The translations under genes were made by a program, and so were the position numbers. A stretch of 63,769 nucleotides of DNA, counting the filler, from Octopus bimaculoides (lineage: Eukaryota): assembly GCF_001194135.2 (NCBI RefSeq). It is 4 parts of 4 records of this genome, joined end to end, with 100 filler letters (N's around TTAATTAATTAA, not from the genome) between each part and the next. Parts side by side here need not be neighbours in the genome. Positions count along the whole stretch, not along the records: positions 30,733 to 50,390 come from NC_068981.1; positions 50,491 to 61,195 come from NC_068992.1; 2 more parts are not named here. One strand, written 5' to 3'. Shown one piece after another: positions 47,050-59,701 of the stretch. Positions within the stretch are counted from its first letter, which is position 1; each line of letters starts with the position of its first letter. The notes under the pieces were generated by a model. The model did not search any database. It saw only the letters and a program-made list of their open reading frames with translations, and was not told the origin of the DNA.

Positions 47050-49450
47050 AAAAATTTTAAGTAGCAACAAGACATCCGAAGTCAACCCAATGAAATCCCA
47101 CATAAGAAGTACGGTAACCTGTCCACTTAGGCGAGCGCCTTCCACGTCCAGTCTTCCTCCAATACAAGAGAATATGGCTCGTTTACACGACCATGTTCGT
47201 CACTGTTATGAATTTTCCAACGAATTCAACAGAAGACAACATTACTCTCTCGGCACTCAGTATTCTTTTTTAAGTGAAACTCCAAAACAAAGAAGTGTAT
47301 GCAACATCACGGTTATTGTGCAAATGCAGATGAAACCAGTTCCCAAGCGATTTAACTTATCCGTCCAGTAGTCTACAACTGAAAGCCTACTGATTTTTCC
47401 TGGTTAATTTTCGCATCTGTCGCCGTTTTGTATTCAGAAGCGTCGATCACCTCGATAAACTTGATGTTCGACACAATTACAGTGACTTCATCTGCATATG
47501 TCGACACAATTACAGTGACTTCATCTGCATATGTCGACACAAGTTTTCTACACCCTTATTCACGCGGGGTACCCCTTAATGAATCTAGTTTCCGCAGTAG
47601 TGGCTAAGGAGTCAAACTATAGAGAAAACACGAAATTGGACAACCATTGTCAACCAAGTGTATAATACTGATCAGTAGCCATTACTCTGACCACTCAGCA
47701 GAAAATGGTGTACATTGTAGCAATGAAGCTACTAAATATGGATGAAAGCGGATGCTTCGAGGACAGCCGCCAAGTACAGATGCTTGACCCTACAGGCAAC
47801 TTTCGATTGATCAGGGATCTTTTGGTGCTAAGTTCATTACTTACTCTCTCTATGATCTATCGAAAGAAGTGGAATGTGTCATAGATCGACCAGTTTGGTA
47901 TGGTACATATCTGCACGTCCCCAATCAGGCCCTTTGTTACAACCTTCGCTTAAATTGTTAACTTAATTGTTGGACTCCGCATTTGGCAAAATTATGGATC
48001 AAAATTATCAATGAAGTTCCCACTTGGTTGGGACCTTAGCAGTTCCACCGCTCCTCGGCTAATTGAACTGGGAATTCTCTCATTTTGTTGTCTGTTGCGG
48101 TAAACATCCGCTAAAATACCATTGAACAAATACAGCATATTAGCGTAAAGCTCATAGAGAAGACAAGCCAAACCAGGCAATTTTTTTCTTTATGTAAAAC
48201 AGACATGACTTCTCTTAGTTTATTGGCGGCACACTGTCGATATAGGCACTGGTGTCTACCGTGCGATCCGTTCCGCACTCATCACGAACACGAATGCAAA
48301 ATGCCGCTGACAGGATACTCACATGTTGAATGAATTGAGTGTCACTTGGCTCGATCCACGAAGCACCGAACTGTTTTTTGTAAGCACGTTGCACCGGGCC
48401 GATCGAAAAGCTTTCGTAGCTTCGTGTCACTGAGCACTCACCTAAGCTCTGATATGATATTCTTCGTTCTTTTTCTGCATATACATCAATTGCGATAATT
48501 TTTCTAAGTACCTCCTCTAGATTTCTAACGACGCATCCCTCTAATCTAGTTTTTTCTATCGCTCCATGCTGAATGAGTATTATCAACTCTTTTCCAATTG
48601 CCAGTTTGAGGGAAAACTACCATCTATTTATGATGATTGCTCTCCTCATCGCCCGTTCAACTCATTCGCTAGTCTGGTTTCTGTACTCTTGACGAACCAG
48701 GAAAGACTCATTCAGCTCTTAGAAAACGGCGCTGAGCCTGTGATGTCTATCTAGAGCGACCGTATAGATCACAAAGTTGTGGTCTTTGTACTTGTACACT
48801 TTAGACTATGGAAATCTATGCTATTTGTATTTACAAGTCTACGGAATACTCTAAATACTCTATCTAGATAGGAACTGGATGATCCGATGTGATTTGTTCA
48901 TGTCCACATTAACATATCGCTGGTATCCAGTTGGTACCTGTCGTATAGTAAAAAATGTCTGATAGGTTTCTCAGGCTTTTGTACCACATCCCCTATCGAC
49001 TAGCCACATACTGTGCCTTCATGCATGCAGAATGCCATTCCAATCATCCAAAATCATTAAAGACCAGAATGTTTCTCGGAATTCCTCCAGACGTCCGAAG
49101 AAATCTGGCATCTGCCGAGGCATAGACGTTAACTAATCTGAAGGCGTGGCCTGCGTTCAACTTCATAGACGTTTCATCAGGTTCCAGGAAGATAGCACGT
49201 ACCAAAAGATCCAGCCCCTTCGAAGCAACACAGCTACTCAGACATCCATTCCTGGCAGACTTGTGGGGACATAAAACTTGTAACTGCCGAAGAAGTTTCC
49301 TCCGGGAAACTGAGCGCCGATGAGAATCAACTGGGTGTTCTTCTCCAGAGGATTTTCCAGAGGGGCCAATGGATAATTTACAGAAATCCCATGTGTGAAA
49401 GTATAATCGTGGGATTTTATCGGTTAAAGACAAATCTACAGGAATCGTGG
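47050..49450 (-). mobile_element. Degenerate Tx1/L1-group LINE ORF2 (endonuclease + RT)
   Basis: VAVLL, FRLVNVYA, DHNFVIYTVALDRHHRLSAVF*ELNESFL (GxWKLN-like), RPISLL-like and VSTYADEVTVIVS RT motifs, with multiple stops and frameshifts. Confidence 0.85.
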
Positions 49451-50111
49451 TGTTGTCAGCTGCACCTGCCTGAGATATATGCAGAGCTGAAAAACTATTC
49501 TGTACGCTCTCATGTTGTGCTTGACAATTGCCAACATGTGGAAGTATGTTCAACATTTGCTATCATGTACTGGACCAATCCGGCTAGCAGCCAACTCCCT
49601 CGCGAAAATCACCCAAGTGCCTTTCTTTTACAGGGAAAGACAAGCAGTTTTCTTCTGTCTTGTCTATATGGCGAAAGAGGCCATGTGGTGAGCTCTACTT
49701 AAAGGACTGAAGAACAGAACATTTTTGTAGGCCAAGCACTCGTTGATTCTTTCACGTTCCAATTGGAAAAAGAAATTGAATATGCAGAGGGCGATGCTAC
49801 ACCTAATAATATCTTTCTTATTTTCTTAATGTGTGAATGTAGCGAGAATAGACTGAGTTAATGGACCTACTCTAAGTATTCATCTGTAAGCTGAAAAGGA
49901 CGGAACACAGAGCTACATACCATAGCATTCCTGGTGTGTATGGTGAACCAGGATGTGAAATTCTTTGGTTGCGCTGGTGTGGCGTTTCTTGTTATTGGGG
50001 AATTTTGTTGAAATCCCCTTTGTTTACACGTGTACTTTATTTAATACCCAGTGTCCTTGGTCTTTTCTTGTCCTAAAGGCTTTTTTGCGGCACTTATGGA
50101 CAATAAAAATC

Positions 50112-50134
50112 TATTATTATTATTATCATTATCG

Positions 50135-50196
<62 letters not shown>

Positions 50197-50390
50197 GTTC
50201 AGTAGTTTTATTTTTATAACGTGCTTTCACTTCACTACCGAGCGCAGCTCTGTGCGCCTTGGGTATGTGCTGTGGTTTGCTGTGGTGCTCTTATGTTTAC
50301 TGTATTGAAAGTGTTTTGCGTAGAATGTGTGCAGTACCCAGTAGTGCAATTTTCTGTATGTTATATATATTTGTAAGTCCTGGTATTTTT
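50112..50390 (-). mobile_element. 3' end of R4/Dong-type (RLE) non-LTR element ending in (AAT)n
   Basis: KIPGLTNIYNIQKIALLGTAHILRKTLSIQ* (50390-50297), about 100-nt 3' UTR, then (AAT)n at 50196-50112. Confidence 0.8.
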
Positions 50391-50490
50391 NNNNNNNNNN
50401 NNNNNNNNNNNNNNNNNNNNNNNNNNNNNNNNNNTTAATTAATTAANNNNNNNNNNNNNNNNNNNNNNNNNNNNNNNNNNNNNNNNNNNN
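50391..50490. other. Artificial scaffolding spacer N44-TTAATTAATTAA-N44
   Basis: Identical to 30633-30732. Confidence 0.95.
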
Positions 50491-50714
50491 AAGCAGCTAA
50501 AAAAGGAGAAAACAAATAGAAAGTGTACGGGAATGTATAAGAAAAATTCCTTGCGATAAGTAGTAGAATGCAACTACACAATGCATGGGAGATAATTCTA
50601 ATAAAATGAACGAAGAATAACCTCCCTTGTTAACTATTCCGTTTTTTTCAGTAAACAAGAAAAATACATGATTAATTTTATAAATGAAAGGGAAAATTGA
50701 TAAATTCTTTGTGT

Positions 50715-50905
50715 TCCAGGCACAAGGCCTGATATTTTGTGGGTGGCGGCTAATTGTTACTTCGAGGCCAGTGCTCAACTAGTATTTATTTCATTGACCT
50801 CGAAAGGACGAAAGGCAAAGTCGACCTCGGCGGAATTTGAACTCAGACCATTAGGACAGATGAAAGGCTGCTAAGCGTTTGGACCAGCGTGTTAACGATT
50901 CTGCC
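50715..50905 (-). mobile_element. tRNA-derived SINE family B
   Basis: Reverse complement of ggcagaatcgttaac...gagttcaaattccgccgaggtcgactttgcctttcgtcctttcgagg...ggccttgtgcc. Confidence 0.75.
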
Positions 50906-51240
50906 AACACAGACAAACGTGCATGCAGGCATGTGTACATACATGCATGCTCGCATACATACATACATACATACATACACACATACATACATACATACAT
51001 ACATACATACATACATACATACATACATACGTCCGTACATTATACATACATTTATACATACTCATTTACTCTTTTACTTGTGTCAGTCATTTGACTGTGG
51101 CCATGCTGGAGCACCGCCTTTAGTCGAGTAAATCGACCCCAGGACTTATTCTTTCGATGCCTAGTACTTATTCTATCGGTCACAGTACTTATTCTATCGG
51201 TACTTATTCATAGGTATACATTTGCGAGGTGTAAATACAC

Positions 51241-51313
<73 letters not shown>

Positions 51314-51391
51314 GTGGGTGGGTGAGAGAGGGTGTGTGCGTGAAAAAGAATGAGAGTGAAAGAGAGCGAGTGTATGTATGTATGTATGCAT

Positions 51392-51422
<31 letters not shown>

Positions 51423-51610
51423 CATGTATGTATGTCTGTGTGTGCATGTGAGGGACTGAGTGAGAGAGTGGGAGAAAGAGGGAAAGAGAGGGAGAGGGGA
51501 TGTGTGTATGACTGTGTGTGTGTAAGAGAGAAAGAGAGAGAGGGAGAGTGAAAGAAGGAGAGGAAGGGAAAAATGGTTCGATGTACAGCATGAAAAGTTT
51601 GTAATACTAC

Positions 51611-51641
<31 letters not shown>

Positions 51642-51750
51642 TGTATGTATGTATGCATGTACGTATATATGTATTTGTGTGTATGTATGTGTGTGTGCAT
51701 GTATGTATATATGTATGTGTATGTATGTATTTGTGTGTGTGCATGTATAT

Positions 51751-52470
51751 GTCACGTCCTTTTTTGATTATTATAAATCTTCAACTGAGGAAGAAGCCGG
51801 TTTCCGACAAAGATACAAGGCACCATCTTTGGGATATAGTTAAGGCATTCAGAACTTGCGAAATTCACATTTAGAACTTGAGAAAATTCTTGCATATTTT
51901 TGCTGTTCCACTCACAGACTGTACTTGTAATGTACGAATTAGCAGGTCAGTTTCTCTTTCACAAAATCCCTGTTTATCCAGATTCTCCTTTAAGCATTTA
52001 CTAACAAAACCTAGTCCTCCAATTATTATTGGTATGAATATGAATTCATAGTCTGGATACAGAAGCTGGAGGTTTCGAAGCAGTTGTCCATAGATATCCT
52101 CTTTTTCTTTGAATTTCATAGAGATATCTGCAAGGCAGCTGACCTCTATAACGGTACATACCTTTGTCCCTTTGTCCCAAACAACAATATCCAGTCTGTT
52201 ATGTTTACATTTGACAGATGTTTTGATGGGAATGTTCCACCAGTTTTCCTTCAGTTGGTGTTTATGAATGTATTCCATAACAGAGGGATTTTCTAAGCTT
52301 ATTTCAGCACAGTCTTACTTGCGGGTGGCATTGTAAATTGTTTTAGCAACAACATTGGCCCGCATAGGGAGCTAGTACCGTGACGGTTTTAGGACAACTG
52401 CTAATCACATGCGTGATGTCCTCCACAGAAACGTGACATAGCCTACACATGCGGTTGCACCTTGGGATTA
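51751..52470 (-). mobile_element. 5'-truncated R4-clade RLE non-LTR retrotransposon embedded in (TACA)n
   Basis: CCHC knuckle CRLCHVSVEDITHVISSC, then REL endonuclease RLDIVVWDKGTKVCTVIEVSC...FIPIIIGGLG...LQVQSVSGTAKICKNFLKF* (stop at 51871) and about 120-nt 3' UTR. (TACA)n-type microsatellite lies on both sides. Confidence 0.85.
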
Positions 52471-52471
52471 C

Positions 52472-52504
<33 letters not shown>

Positions 52505-55169
52505 TGTATGTATGTATGCATGTATGTATGTATGTATGTATGTATGTATGTATGCGTGTATGTATGTATGTATGTATGTATGTATGCGTGTATGCATGTA
52601 TGTATGTATATATGTATGTATGTATCTATGTTTGTGTGTGTGTATGCATGTATGTATGTGTATGTATGCATCTGTGTATGTATGCGTGCATGTATGTAAG
52701 TATTTATGTGTGTATGTATGTGTGTGCGTATGTATGTTTGCATGTATGTGTTTGCGTGTATGTATGTATGTATGATGTAAGTATGTATGTATGTATGTGT
52801 GTGAGTGTGTGTGTATGTATGTATGTCTGTCAGTATGTATGTATATATGCATGGATGTGTGCGTGTGTGTATGTATGTCAGTATGTATGTGTGTAATATC
52901 GGCATTATATTATTTGAAAGAAAACTACATAATATTTTTTCGTTTACTTATTTCAGTCATGCTGGGGCGCCATCTGGAAGAGTTTAGTCGAACAGTTCGA
53001 CCACAGTACTTATTCTTAAGCTTATTACTTATTCTATCGATGTCTATTGTCGAACTGCGAAGTTGCAGGGCGGCGGGACTAACATAAACACACACAGACT
53101 ACGCGCGCGAGCACACACCCACACTACGCGCGTGAGCACATATACACACATACATTACTATGCGCGTGAGCACGTACACACACACACACACACACACACA
53201 CGATGAGCTTCCACACAGCACCTATGTATATGTTTGTACATTTCTTTCATGTGCATTCATATACATAAAAGCAGACACATGTTCATCGATATACAAATGT
53301 ATTGTATTCATAAATACCTTAACGTTGACATTACTGGAAATATTTGATTTGTCGAGAGATTTCTAAAAAGTGTTTATTCCTTTTGAATAAAACGAAAACC
53401 AAGGCTGTGTTTGTTTAGTCCCAGGTAAACATGATGAAGCAGACATACAATCCAATGATTTCCAGCTATGGCCATCCAGTCTTTTGTATCACATGAATTA
53501 AAGTGTCGAATATATCTTGTCGTAGTAACAAATGCACTTCGTGATGTGATGAGCAGCTATTTCTTGCAGGCCGAGCAATTATGTTGGACTCTCTCGTTGA
53601 TACATAATATGTATTTTGTTGTGTGATAGTTTTTTGATTTAACATGGGCTGGATACGATTGAAGTTGATATGATTGAAGATATTAAGGTATTTCTGAATG
53701 TATCAAATTATGCTATGATAGAGACTTATAGCTTAACTCAGTGGTGACAATTAGACGAAAAATAAAATTCCAGCCACATGCAACTTAGTATATTGATAAC
53801 CTCAGCTAACCTAATTATATATTATTTACAGGCTCCCACTACATCCACAGCTGATAAACAATTTCAATTGTCCTTCAGTTTACAGGGTATGAATGTGCAC
53901 AATTTCTCCGTAGCGCTATGTAGGATTTGTTTGATAAATTTATTTCGATTTTCTCTTAACGTATATCATTGAGAAATACCACATCGTAATTTCAACGTTT
54001 CCTTCCCGTTTTCTTTTTAAAATTTTCCTTACATTTTCCTTTCCTTTCACTTTTATGACAGTAAGACAGATCGCACATTAAAGGAAACTTTTGCTTTGTG
54101 AAATATTTTTGAGATTAGGAAGTAAGGTTTCACATGTGAAACTAAAAGCGAACAAGAAAGTCGATATTGTCTAGAAACTAACTTCAGATTGAAAAGGGTT
54201 CGGAAGAAACTAGAAACAGCTTAATATAATGAAGCACTTATTAGAACAATTAAAAGACTGCAAAATCAAAGATAGTTTGGCTGCAAGAAATTCAGTGAAT
54301 TTAAAACGCATCATACATATATATTTAGATTACAGAAACAATGGGAAAAAAGCCCTATCATTTTCGATAGAAGATAAAACTTCAAAAGGATTGCCTATAG
54401 TCTGCTTTGTTGTATGTCAAAATGCAATAAAAAAATTTTAAACAAACATTATAAATCAAATATATAACCGACGATAACCTAGATTTTCGGTCAGTAAGGG
54501 ATAGCTTGAAAAATCGAAAAATCAAAGACTTCATATTATCAAATTGCTAGGCAAAAGTGGATCAAATGATAGAAAACGTGTACACAAATTTATGTCAGGA
54601 TTTGGTAAAACAATAGAAGATTTTTGTTCTTTAAAACAAATATTTTATGCTGGTGAAACTCGCCTAATCTGCAAAGAAACGTCAAGAACTTCTATATTTT
54701 TCCGAACAGAAAAAAACAGAAAAGAAAAGAAAAAAGAGAAAGAAAATAAAAGAAAGTAAATCGTTCGCCAATTCGAAGTAGTTAAAGATCGAATCAAATT
54801 ACATTAATGCGGTAAGGCGTTAGTTGACTGTTTTCGATCGGTAAGTTATATTTAAATATAGTTTCAAACATAAGCAACGCCGGTACCTTTGTGCTTGTAT
54901 TTGCGCTTGTCCACCACCACCACCACCACTTGACCACCGGTAGTGGTTTGTTTACGTCCCTGTAACATTAGCGGTCTGGCAAAAGAGAACGATAGAATAA
55001 GTACCAGGCTTTTAAGGTAATTTCTAAGGACGATTTGCTCGACTAAAACCCTTCAAGCTGGTGCTGCAGCATGGCTGCAGTCCAGTGATCGAAACAAGGA
55101 AGATTTAAAAGAAACGCGCGCACACGCACACACGCACACACCCACACACACACATCTGTATATATGTGT

Positions 55170-55975
55170 GTATTTGAGATGCGATGGGTAAATTTTCCCT
55201 ATTTTATGTTTTTTAATTTGCGCATGCGCATTGTTTGTTTTTGATTTTGTCAACGACACAGCATAGTAGGGTCAATTGGGCACCGTCTGCAAGAAAAGTA
55301 GCACCATGATGGAGTTCACTCTGCCAGAAATTTGGAAACGACATTCTGTACTGCTTGGCATTCGCGCCAGAAGCTCCAATACGAACAATTCAGAGTGTTT
55401 GGGTGTCAATCTGAGGACAGTGCAGGAGATTCAGAAAGAGTTGGATGAGTCTAATGATGATTACGAAGGTGCAGCAGCTCGGAAAACTCACTCTGATCGT
55501 TATGTTAAGAAAATAACTCCTGAATTTGTTGGTGAGATCCAGGCTTTGATTGACAACGATCTTTCCAAGTCAATCAGGTCCACTGCCAGGAACATGGGAG
55601 TGTCTGAGTTTCTTATCAGGAGGGTAGTGCATGAAGGCATTCGGAATTCCTCGCACAAGATGAGAAAAGGCCAATTTTTTTATCCCAAACCATCAAGGAC
55701 AAGAGGAAAGGCCGTGCTACCGAAGCTTTTGAACAAACTCAAGTATCCCCGCCAACTAAACACGCTTTGGTTTTTCTCAGACCAGAAACATTTCTGCCAG
55801 GATCAGATGGTGAACACACAGAATAACCGTTGGCTTGCTGTGCTCCCAAAACATGTTCCGAGAGTGATAAAGATCAAGCATCCATTCAACATCATGGTGT
55901 TTGGAGTGATCATTAATGATGGTGACGTTATACCTCCATTCATCTTCCCACACAACCTCAGATTCAACACAGTTT
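55170..55975 (+). pseudogene. Tc1/mariner transposase (DD37D/maT-like), 3'-truncated
   Basis: ATG at 55306. HTH region, WFFSDQKHF (first D), NTQNNRW, HPFNIMVFGVI...DVIPPFIFP. Homology ends near 55975, before the second and third catalytic D. Confidence 0.8.
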
Positions 55976-58351
55976 CCTTTTTTGTTCGTCAAAGTTCTTT
56001 CGGCGCTCGTCGCAACCTTTTCAGTGATTTACTTCCCAACTCCGAAGGCTGTCTTCGTCTTATATATATGATTAAACTATGATTATGCACAGGTATGCAC
56101 AGGTATACACAGGTATGCATACTTTAATAAACAATGAACGCACGTATACACACTCAGGACATTGCTTTCTCCCCACTCGACAATATAATCCCTTCTCTTC
56201 CTCCTACCTTCCAAACCCATATCATTGTCTGAGACTTTCCTTGACCCTCAAAACTGCTGACCTTGTGCCAAATTTAAAAAGAATTTTATACGAAATTTTT
56301 ATTCTAATTTCTTGAATAACACGTATTTAGTGTTGTTTTAAGAACATTTAGTATTGATATTTTCTGCTGTACCGGTAAAATTTGGTAACCCAAGCTTTTA
56401 CTAAGCGACAATTTTCAACCGCTTCCAGTTTAGGTAAAAATATACAATATACATAAAGTAGTTAATAATAGTGCGTAGTTGCGATATTAAGTAGTTTAGT
56501 GATTTTCGTAAAGAGAGTGCGGCGAATATAAACATTTTTGAGCAAGTAATTATAATTTTCAATAGTTGATAAATTACATTCTACATACCCAATAGATAAA
56601 GGGCCAAAAATAAATTAAAATAAGTGGTTATAGGTGGAACCAAAGCAGTTTGAACTTAACAGCGACTTCATCTTTGTAACCAATATGGAAACAACAAAAT
56701 GGCTAAAGTAAAAATAAGAATAAAAAATGATAAAACCATAGTTGCTTACGGTTTCACATGGACCGCTTATAAGATTGAATTAAGTTTGAATTGTTTGTTG
56801 AATGTGGATAGAGGAAAGAGAGATGTGGAAAAGTTTTAAGTTATTTTTTTCGCTGCTTTCATGGATTTCCATGACTCTGTCGCCATCCAATTCCATTATT
56901 ATAAATTTGAGTTGGGAGCTTGAGTCATAGTGAATCCTTCATTAGCTGATCACACAACCATGAACGCCACCCCTTTGGATGTATTGCAGTTCCTCTCTTG
57001 GTAGAGCATGGTGATCTAGGAGTCCTCTATTCAGCATCAAATTAAGAAGCATCGTTGACTCAGTTGAGCTCTTCCGCTACCTCTTCACAATCTGCCAGTT
57101 CTATTACTTCGCCGTATCCTTGGCAGGGTGACTGAACGGGTGTTATGCCTTGCCAAAAGGCAGCCCACAACTATATAGGGCATGATCATTGCTCCATTGC
57201 AGTTATTCTCTTGATAGAGCTTCGTGGTCCTGACCGTTGATCTAGTATTCCTCTGCTCAACAGCAATGTAAGAGGCACTGTTGGCTCAGTTGAGCTCTTC
57301 ATCTACCTATTGACAATCCGCCTTATTGCAGTCCCATGACTTCGGTGAGTCCCAAAACTATGCTGGTAATAGTAGCTTGAATCTAGTGACATTTAGTGAC
57401 CACACATTGGAATGGTTATCGAGTGGTGAAATCAGGCGAACCACAGAATTTCAGAGAAAAAGCTTGATAAAAGCCTGTAGGACTGATGGAATGCATGGAA
57501 GATTAAAAAAATGTCGAATATATAGGTAATAAACCTTTTTGTAATGACATATTTTTAAGGGGTATTCACAAAATGTCACATTTTGTGAAGGTGATTTAAG
57601 AAGACAGTCTAAAATGAGCTCAACATCCTCTCTTCAAATGAATGAGTTAATAGACGTTGCTTATTCAGTAGTTTTGCTTGAGTTTGTATGCTGTATAGAG
57701 GAAGGTGGCATTGACGGTGGTTTATCAATCAGCCTGCCTTTAGACAACTATGCTACAAGGAAAAGCAATATTTACTCGAATTCATTCGATTATTGAAAAA
57801 AAAAAAAAGATAAAAAGAAAAAAATTAAATTTCGTGATAACTTCGTTAAAATATTTGCACTAATGGAGCCGTAACTATGTCGGGGAAAGTTTATAGTTTG
57901 CTGCAAGAATAGAAGAAATAAAAAAACAAAGCAAAATATCAGAACGGTGAAAATATCTACTGTTATTTTCAATGTGAAGCACTAGTAATGAAACGTGCCT
58001 CACAATTTGAAGTAGAAGAAGATGCTATAAAATTGCTTAATGTTATTAAATCAAGAACACTAAAGGCAAGTTTATTCGGTTTATATAGGAAGACTAAATG
58101 TAANNNNNNNNNNNNNNNNNNNNNNNNNNNNNNNNNNNNNNNNNNNNNNNNNNNNNNNNNNNNNNNNNNNNNNNNNNNNNNNNNNNNNNNNNNNNNNNNN
58201 NNNNNNNNNNNNNNNNNNNNNNNNNNNNNNNNNNNNNNNNNNNNNNNNNNNNNNNNNNNNNNNNNNNNNNNNNNNNNNNNNNNNNNNNNNNNNNNNNNNN
58301 NNNNNNNNNNNNNNNNNNNNNNNTTCTTCTTCTTCTTCTTCTTCTTCTTCT

Positions 58352-58840
58352 TCTTGAGTGAGAGAGCAGTGCATGCCATCAAAGTGACACTGGGGTAAAA
58401 TATACAAAGCCCAGTATATCCATCATGACTACCCGTTTGATAAGGCTACACTAGGCACATGCATCACAACCATATGTGCGTGACATGGTGATCTCATATC
58501 AAGATAAACAGCGCATGACCTCGCAGGTGGGGCCCAGTTAAAATTTTCTTCAGGTTGAGTAGCCCATCTCGCTCAAAAGGTCCCTGAATAAGGTTTGTTT
58601 AAGGATGATGAACAAAACACCCATGTTTCCAAAGGTGAATTAGCCAAACCCCAAAGAACTCCTCTCAACACATGGCTATGATGCTTGCTCACTACTTCTG
58701 CTCGTGAGCAGAGATGCAAAAATTGTCAGCCATTAAGGGACATGTTCAACTAGTTAAGGTCAGACAACTGACAAGCAAATCTGTGGTATTGAGCAGAATA
58801 TTTGCTGTAGCCCATCTTTTATACCAAGACAAAACATTTT
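58352..58840. repeat. About 490-bp GC-richer repeat-like segment between (TTC)n and (TAA)n
   Basis: Sharp compositional boundaries with microsatellites on both sides and no ORF. Possibly a non-LTR 3' UTR or SINE. Confidence 0.35.
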
Positions 58841-58896
<56 letters not shown>

Positions 58897-59701
58897 TAAT
58901 AATAATAATTAATAATAATGATAATAATAATGATTATTAGTGTCTGGAGCTGTCGACCGCGTGCTCGGAGGTCTGTTTTTCCAAATTTTGTTGAACTGTT
59001 GTCTTTGTAATCCAGCTCGCCACAAGCAGGGCTAGCTGAAGTGGCAAAACTTCGCCCTTTAAGAGTAAATTTTGAGTTTTAATGACTCAAATTTTCATAA
59101 TTTNNNNNNNNNNNNNNNNNNNNNNNNNNNNNNNNNNNNNNNNNNNNNNNNNNNNNNNNNNNNNNNNNNNNNNNNNNNNNNNNNNNNNNNNNNNNNNNNN
59201 NNNNNNNNNNNNNNNNNNNNNNNNNNNNNNNNNNNNNNNNNNNNNNNNNNNNNNNNNNNNNNNNNNNNNNNNNNNNNNNNNNNNNNNNNNNNNNNNNNNN
59301 NNNNNNNNNNNNNNNNNNNNNNNNNNNNNNNNNNNNNNNNNNNNNNNNNNNNNNNNNNNNNNNNNNNNNNNNNNNNNNNNNNNNNNNNNNNNNNNNNNNN
59401 NNNNNNNNNNNNNNNNNNNNNNNNNNNNNNNNNNNNNNNNNNNNNNNNNNNNNNNNNNNNNNNNNNNNNNNNNNNNNNNNNNNNNNNNNNNNNNNNNNNN
59501 NNNNNNNNNNNNNNNNNNNNNNNNNNNNNNNNNNNNNNNNNNNNNNNNNNNNNNNNNNNNNNNNNNNNNNNNNNNNNNNNNNNNNNNNNNNNNNNNNNNN
59601 NNNNNNNNNNNNNNNNNNNNNNNNNNNNNNNNNNNNNNNNNNNNNNNNNNNNNNNNNNNNNNNNNNNNNNNNNNNNNNNNNNNNNNNNNNNNNNNNNNNN
59701 N

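Noticed and set aside
51785-51812. CTGAGGA followed by a short hairpin in the RLE 3' UTR
   Set aside because: It is antisense to the element, lacks GAAA and has no stem I.
57015-57312. Two diverged ~70-bp direct repeats (ctcagttgagctcttc...ctacct)
   Set aside because: The repeat is real but short. The SVELF-YL translation is only vaguely RT-like and no function can be argued.
57855-57905. CTAATGG...CCG..CGG-GAAA...GTT-TGC
   Set aside because: There are two core mismatches and no stem III pair, which is too degenerate to separate from chance.
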